Of a DNA stretch of 32,000 nucleotides, positions 1-6,555 are shown one piece after another. A program made the translations under genes and the position numbers. Numbering within the stretch: the stretch's first letter is position 1; each line of letters begins with the position of its first letter. Location: the NCBI RefSeq assembly GCF_008065095.1, contig NZ_CP042911.1:6960001-6992000 (forward strand). Reading direction: 5' to 3'. Below the pieces are notes generated by a model. The model was given only the letters and a program-made list of their open reading frames with translations, made no database searches and was not told the origin of the DNA. The stretch is from Gemmata obscuriglobus. GTDB taxonomy: Bacteria > Planctomycetota > Planctomycetia > Gemmatales > Gemmataceae.

Positions 1-429
1 GTGCGCGGCACCGGAATCGGGCAGTGGGGGGCGAGCGACCGGACGGAACGCCCAGTGGTCGCGCGGGTCCGGCTCGGGCGCATCGTCGGCGGGCACCCTG
101 GCGCCCTGTTCGATCCACAGCCGGACCTTCGCGACCTGTTCGGGCTTCAGCGGGTGCCCTTCGGGCGGCATGCGGGTCGCGTCGTCGGTCGATTCGACCC
201 GCAGCAGCAGTTCGCTGGCGCCGGGCTTACCGGGCACCACCGCCCCGCCCTTCACCATCGCGGCCCCAGTGTCCACACGCAGCTTCGCCTTCTGCGCGAG
301 CGCCCCGTGACAGGAGTAGCACCGCTCCTGGAGCAGCGGGCGAATGTCCTTACGGTAGTCGACCGTGTCTGCGGCCGGCGCGAGCGCGGGGAAAATGAGA
401 GCGGCACAGGCGGTGAGGGAGAATCGCAT
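1..429 (-). CDS. N-terminal part (truncated by the window edge) of a PSCyt1 (planctomycete cytochrome c) / DUF1549-DUF1553-type protein
   Basis: Absent from the supplied ORF track because it is open at the edge. Manual reverse-strand translation from the ATG (complement of 427-429) gives MRFSLTACAALIFPALAPAADTVDYRKDIRPLLQERCYSCHGALAQKAKLRVDTGAAMVKGG...RMPPEGHPLKPEQVAKVRLWIEQGARVP... It has a signal peptide, a single CxxCH (CYSCH) and the KxKLRxD / MPP / WIxxGA pattern typical of PSCyt1 domains. There is no stop down to position 1. Confidence 0.8.
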   Translation of the reverse strand, partial: MRFSLTACAALIFPALAPAADTVDYRKDIRPLLQERCYSCHGALAQKAKLRVDTGAAMVKGGAVVPGKPGASELLLRVESTDDATRMPPEGHPLKPEQVAKVRLWIEQGARVPADDAPEPDPRDHWAFRPVARPPLPDSGAAH

Positions 430-712
430 GGGAGTCGCGTTCCGGCGGGACGGCGAGACGGCGCGAAAGGCCAAAGGCGGTGGAGCACAGGTTAAACGAC
501 CCGAACGCCGCACGCAAGCGCCCGACACATCAGCATGACGGGCCATTCGGTCGTGCGTTCCTCGGTCCCGGCGGAGAACGCCGTGGCTTTTTCGAGCATG
601 CCGCGCGCTGCGTCGAGACTCTTCACCGCGGTCCAGCGCCGCCGGTTCACCTCGACGACGCGGGTACACGGCCAGCGGGTAGCGGCGGGTGGCGTTCCCA
701 ACTACCGATACG

Positions 713-846
713 CTTCAACCGGACCTCAGTAGTTTCAAGTTCCAGGTTCCAGGTTCCAAGTGGAGTCACGAGCGACACGAATCGCCGGCGCGTTTGACGA
801 GTTGGGTTCCGACTTGGAACTTGGAACCTGGAACTTGGAACTACTG
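713..846. repeat. Inverted repeat built from tandem GTTCCAG/TTGGAAC heptads; member of a dispersed family whose second copy is at 22759-22975
   Basis: The left arm 728-762 (cagtagtttcaagttccaggttccaggttccaagt) pairs with the right arm 812-846 (acttggaacttggaacctggaacttggaactactg). That is 35 bp with 2 mismatches around a spacer of about 49 nt. The flank cttcaaccgga..cagtagtttcaagtt (713-740) recurs in reverse complement at 22950-22975. Confidence 0.85.
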
Positions 847-1021
847 AACCTGGCATGAGTCGTCTCGGGTGGCGGATGCCCCGTCCGGCAACGGCGATGC
901 GGCCACCGGTCTAGCGGGTCGAAGAATGAGAGTTCCAAGAGAAGTCCACCGGTGCGGTTGCGGTGCCCGTTCCGGGCGGATAGTGTCGAGAGTGTCGCCC
1001 TCACTCTCTGGGACGCCGCCG

Positions 1022-1864
1022 ATGTCTCGTCTCGCCGCCCTCACCCTGCTCTGCGGTCTGCTGCTGCTCAACGATGGCAGAGGCCAGGAACCGAAAGGGA
1101 ACCCCTGGGGCAAATCCGCACCGGCGCCGAAGCTCCAGCGCGCCGTTTACGCCGTCAAGAACGCCGACCCGGCCGTGCTCGCCCAGGTGATCGGACCGCA
1201 CTTCAGGGGCGAGGCCAGCGCGTTCGCCGCACCGCCCGGGTCGGGCAACGCGGTGCTCGTCAGCGGCACCGCTGAAACCGTGCCCGAGGTGATCAAACTG
1301 CTCGAACTGCTGGACCGCAAGCCGCGCACGGTCGAGATCGAAGTTACCATCGCCGAGGTGCCGGCCAAGGACTGGAAGGAAGCCGAGCCGAAGCACGAGG
1401 AGCTGGCCAAGTGGGGGCAGCGGATCAAGCTGACGGCCGTCGAGGGGCAACCGGTGTCTACCCAGATGGGCGCCAGCAAGCCGATCGTGACCAGCACCGC
1501 GGTCACCCCCGGCGGGTTCGGCGGACCGGGGGGAGCCGGCGGACCGGGGGGAGCGGCCGGGGGCCGGGGCGGGTTCCAGCAGCGGTCGATCAGCTACCAG
1601 GATGTCGGAACGACCGTGAAGGCGTCGGCGCGGGTCGGGGCCGACGACATTGTGGCCGTCGAGTTGAGCGTGAAGGGCACCCGGGTCCGAACGCCGGACG
1701 CGACCGATGAGCCGGCGGCGCACTCAGTGGAGACCGGCTCACTGACCACGAATGTCAGCGTTCCGGCCGGGAAAAGCGTGGTGGCCCAGGCGGTGCGAAC
1801 CGAGGGGAAAGGCGGGGCCACGATATCGGTTGTGGTCGTCACCGCGCGCCCGACTGCCAAGTAA
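1022..1864 (+). CDS. Short secretin-like protein: one NolW-like secretin N-domain plus a minimal secretin core, with a signal peptide
   Basis: In-frame ATG at 1022 gives MSRLAALTLLCGLLLL (signal peptide); the track ORF starts upstream at GTG 869. AVYAVKNADPAVLAQVIG...NAVLVSGTAETVPEVIKLLELLDRKPRTVEIEVTIAEV resembles the short secretin N-domain. IKLTAVEGQPVSTQMG..., ISYQDVGTTVKASARVGADDIVAVELSV... and SLTTNVSVPAGKSVVAQAV... resemble the secretin C-domain core. Confidence 0.6.
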   Translation: MSRLAALTLLCGLLLLNDGRGQEPKGNPWGKSAPAPKLQRAVYAVKNADPAVLAQVIGPHFRGEASAFAAPPGSGNAVLVSGTAETVPEVIKLLELLDRKPRTVEIEVTIAEVPAKDWKEAEPKHEELAKWGQRIKLTAVEGQPVSTQMGASKPIVTSTAVTPGGFGGPGGAGGPGGAAGGRGGFQQRSISYQDVGTTVKASARVGADDIVAVELSVKGTRVRTPDATDEPAAHSVETGSLTTNVSVPAGKSVVAQAVRTEGKGGATISVVVVTARPTAK

Positions 1865-1933
1865 CCGCGCCGCCCGCAGCTCGTGCCGTCACGAACTCGT
1901 CCCAGTGGACCAGGACGAGTCACCTCCGGCCGG

Positions 1934-2032
1934 CTACCGCCAGTGCCGGTGATGATGGTGGTGCGGGTGGCAGCACCCCGCGGCCGACAGGAGCAGCACA
2001 GCGGCGAACACAGCGCAGCAGATCGAACGCAT
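1934..2032 (-). CDS. Candidate 32-aa His-rich micro-lipoprotein (MRSICCAVFAAVLLLSAAGCCHPHHHHHRHWR)
   Basis: Below the track's size cutoff; translated by hand. The ATG is the complement of 2030-2032 and the stop is the complement of 1934-1936. GAGG lies 7 nt upstream of the ATG on the minus strand. A hydrophobic signal-like segment ends in AAG-C (lipobox-like), followed by CCHPHHHHHRHWR. Confidence 0.3.
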   Translation of the reverse strand: MRSICCAVFAAVLLLSAAGCCHPHHHHHRHWR

Positions 2033-2277
2033 CGCATCACCTCGCGGACGAACGCAACCGTCCAATTGTACCCGCGTCACCAAGGCGCGGTGCGCCTTCA
2101 CAGCAAGCCGACGCGCCGTTCGGGTCCCTGGTCACGTTGCCCCGGCCCCGAAGCGCAAACCCCCGATCGGCCGATCGACCGCTCTTTCACCTGTCCAAGC
2201 CGCAATCGCCGAGAAGCGGGCACGTCTCAACGGCCCAAAGCCCCCAGGTTCCGTACACGAACCGCCCGACATTTTCC

Positions 2278-2305
2278 TTGACGCCCGGGCGCGTTCGGGT
2301 ATAGC
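2278..2305 (+). promoter_or_regulatory. Candidate sigma-70-type promoter for the multihaem cytochrome gene
   Basis: TTGACG (2278-2283), a 16-nt spacer, then TATAGC (2300-2305), about 45 nt upstream of ATG 2351. GGGGAG (SD-like) sits at 2337-2342. This is a motif match only. Confidence 0.3.
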
Positions 2306-2350
2306 CGCCGGTTCTCTGCGCCAGTCCGTGTACACTTGGGGGAGTACCGC

Positions 2351-5300
2351 ATGGACGCGGTCCACACATCGGCCCGCGGCCGCACGCCCGCCGGGCGCCC
2401 GCGCCGCACGAAGGCGGGGCGAGCGGCTGTTCTGTTCCTGCCGGTTCTCCTGGCGTTGGCTGTGTGCGCCGCCGTTGCCTACGCCAAGCAGCCGCCCGCG
2501 CCGAAGCACCCGACCAACCCGGTCCTCCCGGCCGCCGGCGACGGCACCCGCGACCCCAAAGACCCCAAATGGTCCACCGACCCGTCTGACCCGTTCCCCA
2601 TGCCGCCGGAACTGGCCAACGTCGAGCTGATGAAGCAAACGCCCGCGGAGGCCTACGCCAAGTCCGCCGGGTGCATGGCGTGCCACAAGGGGGTGGGCGA
2701 CCCGCACGGCAAGGACACGCTCCGCATCGGCTGCACCGACTGCCACGGCGGGGACGCCACCACCACGGACAAGAACCGGGCGCACGTGCTCCCGTCGATG
2801 CCGCAGTTCTGGCCGTCGTCGGGCAACCCGGTTCGGTCCTACACGCTCCTGAACAACGAGTCGCCGGCGTTCGTCCGGTTCATGAACCCGGGCGACTTCC
2901 GCATCGCGCACATCTCGTGCGGCACCGCCGGGTGCCACCCGAAAGAGGTGCAGACGAACCGCAAGCAGATCATGGCCACCGGGTGCATGCTGTGGGGCGC
3001 CGCGGCGTACAACAACGGCACCCTGCCGGTGAAGCGCGCGATCGTGGGCGAGGCGTACGGCATGAACGGCGCGTCGCTCATGCTCAAGACGTACCCGCCG
3101 CCCACCCCCGAAGAGGAGAAGCGCGGGGTCGTCGCGCAGCTCGTGCCGCTGCCGCGGTTCGAGATGAGCCAGCCGGGCAACGTGCTCCGCATCTTCGAGC
3201 CGGGCGGGCGGTTCCTGCCCGAGATCGGCATCCCCGAGCGGATGGACGAGCCCGGCCGCACCCGGGTGCGTCTGAGCCTGCGCGGGCTGGGCACCAGCAA
3301 CCGCACGGACCCGGTGCTCGTCAGCGCCGGCAAGACCCGCCTGTTCGACCCGACGCTCAACTTCCTGGGCACCAACGACAACCCCGGCGACTACCGCTCC
3401 AGCGGGTGCAGCGCGTGCCACGTGCCCTACGCCAACGACCGGTCGCCGGTCCACTCCGGCTCGTACGCCAAGTTCGGCAACCGCGGGCTCACCGCCAACC
3501 CCGACCCGACCATCCCGAAGAACGAGCCCGGGCACCCGATCGACCACAAGTTCACCAACGCCATCCCGACCAGCCAGTGCATGGTGTGCCACATGCACCC
3601 CGGCACCACGGTCATGAACAGCTACCTCGGGTTCATGTGGTACGACGAGGAGTCGGACGGGCGCCACATGTACCCCGCCAAGCAGAAGAACCCGACCGCC
3701 GAGGAGCTGATCCGCTCGATGCTGCGGAACCCGAACGAGTCGGCCGCCCGGGGGCACCTCGCGGACCCCGAGTTCACCGCCAACCTGGCCGACCTGAACC
3801 CGCACCTGTCGAAGGTCCACTTCGCGGACTTCCACGGCCACGGGTGGGCGTACCGCGCGGTGTTCAAGAAGGACAAGAAGGGGCACTGGACCGACTACCA
3901 GGGGCGGTTCGTCGGCCCGCCCACCGCGGCGAAGATGGCCGCGGCGGTGGACTGGTCGAACAAGGCCCGGGCGTTCCACCAGGACCACCGGTTCCCGGAC
4001 CCCAAAACCGGGTCGGCGGAGGCGAAGAAGGCGGAACAGGCGCTCGGCGACTCGTGCCGCAGCGGCCAGCCGGTGCACATGCTCGACATCCACCTGGAGA
4101 AGGGGATGCACTGCGTGGACTGCCACTTCTCGCAGGACATGCACGGCAACAACCGGCTGCACATGGAGGTCCGCGCGGCCACCGAGATCGCGTGCATCGA
4201 CTGCCACGGCACCCCGGCCCGGCACGCCACGCTGAAGACCAGCGGCCCCGCGAGCTACACCTCGGCGCCGGACGGCCTGGGGCGCAACCTGCTCGCCATG
4301 AAGACCCCGTTCGGGGTCCCGCGGTTCGAGGTCCGCGAGGCCCCGGACGGCACCCGGCGGTACTTCCAGAACAGCTCGGTGCAGAAGGGGCTCCAGTGGG
4401 AGCTGGTGCAGACGAAGGACGTCATCACGAAGGGGCACCCCCGGTATAACGAGAAGGCCGCGCACGCCAAGACGGTGCGGGTCGACAAGGCGACCGGGAA
4501 AATGGTGTGGGGCGAGCTGCCGGCCGACGGCCAGTGCGCCCACTCGAACGACAACATGACCTGCATGACGTGCCACTCGGCCTGGAACCCGAGCTGCTTC
4601 GGGTGCCACCTGCCGCAGCGGGCCAACGTCAAGGCCCCGACCCTGCACGCCGACGGGGACACGCAGCGGAACTACACCGCGTACAACTTCCAGACGCTCC
4701 GCGACGACGTGTACATGCTGGCCCGCGACGGCGACGCCACCGGCAACAAGATCAACCCGGCCCGGTCGAGCTGCGCGATCCACGTCACCTCGGCCAACGG
4801 GAACCGCGAGTCGATCTACGTCCAGCAGCAGACGCTGTCGGCCGAGGGGTACAGCGGGCAGGCGTTCAGCACCAACGTGCCGCACACGGTCCGCGGCAGC
4901 GGGGTGGGCGAGACCAAGCAGTGTAGCGACTGCCACCTGTCGAAGAAGAACGACAACAACGCGTGGATGGCCCAGCTCCTGATGCAGGGCACGGGCGTCA
5001 TGAACTTCATGGGCCGGTACACGTGGGTGGCGGCCGGCGAGGAGGGGCTGTTCGGCGTCCAGGTGACCGAGAACAGCGAGCCGCAGGCGGTGTACGGCAG
5101 CGACCTGCACTACTACGCGTACCCGGACCACTACAAGAAGCACGCCGCCGCCGGCGGGCTCCTGAAGAACGCCCACGAGCACCCGGGCCGCGACATCGCC
5201 AAGGGCGTGACGCGCCCGCTCAAGAAGTCCGAGGTGCTGATGGTGCAGAACCGCGGCGAGTACTGCTACGCCGCGTGCGGCGAGGGCGGGGTCCGGGTGT

Positions 5301-6382
5301 TCGACATCGCGTTCATCGACGACAAGGCGTTCGCCGAGCGGATCACCACCGCCCCGGTGTCGCCCCTGGGCCAGAAGTTCTACGTGGACACGAAGTACGC
5401 GACCTACGTCGCGGCCCCCTGCACCCCGGCCGTGGACCCGACGCGGAAGATGATCCCGGGCAACAAGGAGCAGCCGATCCACCCGCTGTTCGGGTACCTC
5501 TACGTCTGCGACAAGTACGAGGGGCTGATCCTGATCGGCGCGGCCACCACGCTCGACGGCAACCCGGTCAACAACTTCCTCAAGAAGGAGGTGTGCTTCA
5601 ACCCGGACGGGCTGCTGTACGGGGCCAAGCACGCGCACGTGGTCGGGCACTACGTGTACGTGTCGTGCGACGCCGGGCTGGTGGTGATCGACATCGACGA
5701 CCCCAAGAAGCCGAAGGTGACGAGCGTCGTCGGCGAGAAGCACCTGAAGCACCCGCACATGGTGGCGACCCAGTTCCGGTACGCCTACGTGTGCGACGAG
5801 GAGGGCCTCAAGGTGCTCGACATCACCGACCTGGCGCGGCCGGTGCCGAAGTCGAAGGTCCTGCTGCCGGACGCCCACAGCGTCTACCTGGGCCGCACCT
5901 ACGCCTACGTGGCGGCCGGGCCGCGCGGGCTCATGATCTTCGACATCCAGAACGCCGCCGAGCCGAAGTTCGAAACGGCGTTCACCGCCGGCGGCCACAT
6001 GAACGACTGCCACGACGTGAAGCTGGCGATCACGTACAACAGTCTGTTCGCCTACGTCGCGGACGGGAAGAACGGGCTACGGGTGGTGCAACTGTTCTCG
6101 CCCGAGACGCCCGGGTACGAGGGGTTCAGCCCCAAGCCCACCCCGCGCCTGGTGGCGACGTACCGGCTGCCGCACGGCGGGCACATCCTGAACGTGGCCC
6201 GCGCCCTCGACCGCGACCGCGCGGTGGACGAGAGCGGCAACCAGATCGGCGTGTTCGGCCGCGTCGGCGCCCGCCCGCTGAACGAGAAGGAGCAGCACAA
6301 GATGTACCTGCGGAACGGAACCCCGTGGTACGTCAGCGACGACCCGAAGGACGCCCTTTACGAGGAGCGCCGGCAGAAGTAA
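2351..6382 (+). CDS. Exported ten-haem c-type cytochrome fused to a C-terminal LVIVD-repeat beta-propeller
   Basis: ATG 2351 is preceded by GGGGAG. The Arg-rich N-terminus plus hydrophobic helix ...LLALAVCAAVAYA looks like a signal peptide. Nine CxxCH motifs are present (CMACH, CTDCH, CSACH, CMVCH, CVDCH, CIDCH, CMTCH, CFGCH, CSDCH) plus one CxxxxCH (CGTAGCH), spanning nt about 2672-4936. At least six LVIVD-like blades span nt about 5275-6125: GVRVFDIAFIDD, YEGLILIG, AGLVVIDIDDPKKPKV, EGLKVLDITDLARPVP, RGLMIFDIQNAAEPKF, NGLRVVQLFSP. Confidence 0.9.
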   Translation: MDAVHTSARGRTPAGRPRRTKAGRAAVLFLPVLLALAVCAAVAYAKQPPAPKHPTNPVLPAAGDGTRDPKDPKWSTDPSDPFPMPPELANVELMKQTPAEAYAKSAGCMACHKGVGDPHGKDTLRIGCTDCHGGDATTTDKNRAHVLPSMPQFWPSSGNPVRSYTLLNNESPAFVRFMNPGDFRIAHISCGTAGCHPKEVQTNRKQIMATGCMLWGAAAYNNGTLPVKRAIVGEAYGMNGASLMLKTYPPPTPEEEKRGVVAQLVPLPRFEMSQPGNVLRIFEPGGRFLPEIGIPERMDEPGRTRVRLSLRGLGTSNRTDPVLVSAGKTRLFDPTLNFLGTNDNPGDYRSSGCSACHVPYANDRSPVHSGSYAKFGNRGLTANPDPTIPKNEPGHPIDHKFTNAIPTSQCMVCHMHPGTTVMNSYLGFMWYDEESDGRHMYPAKQKNPTAEELIRSMLRNPNESAARGHLADPEFTANLADLNPHLSKVHFADFHGHGWAYRAVFKKDKKGHWTDYQGRFVGPPTAAKMAAAVDWSNKARAFHQDHRFPDPKTGSAEAKKAEQALGDSCRSGQPVHMLDIHLEKGMHCVDCHFSQDMHGNNRLHMEVRAATEIACIDCHGTPARHATLKTSGPASYTSAPDGLGRNLLAMKTPFGVPRFEVREAPDGTRRYFQNSSVQKGLQWELVQTKDVITKGHPRYNEKAAHAKTVRVDKATGKMVWGELPADGQCAHSNDNMTCMTCHSAWNPSCFGCHLPQRANVKAPTLHADGDTQRNYTAYNFQTLRDDVYMLARDGDATGNKINPARSSCAIHVTSANGNRESIYVQQQTLSAEGYSGQAFSTNVPHTVRGSGVGETKQCSDCHLSKKNDNNAWMAQLLMQGTGVMNFMGRYTWVAAGEEGLFGVQVTENSEPQAVYGSDLHYYAYPDHYKKHAAAGGLLKNAHEHPGRDIAKGVTRPLKKSEVLMVQNRGEYCYAACGEGGVRVFDIAFIDDKAFAERITTAPVSPLGQKFYVDTKYATYVAAPCTPAVDPTRKMIPGNKEQPIHPLFGYLYVCDKYEGLILIGAATTLDGNPVNNFLKKEVCFNPDGLLYGAKHAHVVGHYVYVSCDAGLVVIDIDDPKKPKVTSVVGEKHLKHPHMVATQFRYAYVCDEEGLKVLDITDLARPVPKSKVLLPDAHSVYLGRTYAYVAAGPRGLMIFDIQNAAEPKFETAFTAGGHMNDCHDVKLAITYNSLFAYVADGKNGLRVVQLFSPETPGYEGFSPKPTPRLVATYRLPHGGHILNVARALDRDRAVDESGNQIGVFGRVGARPLNEKEQHKMYLRNGTPWYVSDDPKDALYEERRQK

Positions 6383-6400
6383 GCAACGGCCCGGATTGAA

Positions 6401-6525
6401 GACAGGTTGGCCACAAAAAAGCACACAGGGCACAAAAGAAAACCAAGACAGAAGAGTGAGTTCAAACACTTCTTCTGTCTTGGTTTTCTTTTGTGCCCTG
6501 TGTGCTTTTTTGTGGCCAATCTGTC
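6401..6525. terminator. Very long, low-GC, near-perfect hairpin between convergent genes (putative bidirectional terminator or foldback element)
   Basis: Arms 6401-6458 and 6467-6525 pair over about 57 bp, with one G-T pair (6406/6520) and one single-nt bulge. The loop is agttcaaa (6459-6466). The hairpin lies between the stop of the cytochrome gene (6382) and the stop of the cupredoxin gene (6556). Confidence 0.6.
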
Positions 6526-6555
6526 TTTATCTGCCGCGTTTCGCGGCCGGTCACA

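Noticed and set aside
492-701. 69-aa minus-strand ORF (…VVEVNRRRWTAVKSLDAARGMLEKATAFSAGTEERTTEWPVMLM…) in the 590-bp gap upstream of the PSCyt1 gene
   Set aside because: The composition is more protein-like than the shadow ORFs, so a gene remnant is conceivable. However, I recognise no family motif, no convincing RBS and no signal. It is left unannotated.
727-846. Possible CRISPR array, because of short tandem repeats
   Set aside because: The repeat unit is 7 nt with no spacers, and the arms are inverted rather than direct. No cas genes are present.
806-864. Phased GGAAC motifs (TTGGAAC heptads) followed by CGTC, read as an ECF-type promoter (GGAAC-N-CGT) for the secretin-like gene
   Set aside because: The spacer from the last GGAAC (837-841) to CGTC (861-864) is 19 nt, longer than the usual 16-17. 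The same heptads also occur at 22770-22795 between convergent genes, where no promoter is expected. A repeat element is the more parsimonious reading.
869-1021. GTG-initiated N-terminal extension of the secretin-like ORF
   Set aside because: The extension has no signal-like features, whereas the internal ATG at 1022 opens a textbook signal peptide. The extension also runs close to the heptad repeat.
2132-6013. 1293-aa minus-strand ORF, the longest alternative ORF in the window
   Set aside because: It is antisense to the multihaem cytochrome gene. Its translation is an Arg/Val/His/Gly/Pro-rich low-information string with no motifs, which is typical of stop-free shadow frames in very GC-rich DNA. 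The plus-strand frame carries ten haem motifs and LVIVD repeats.
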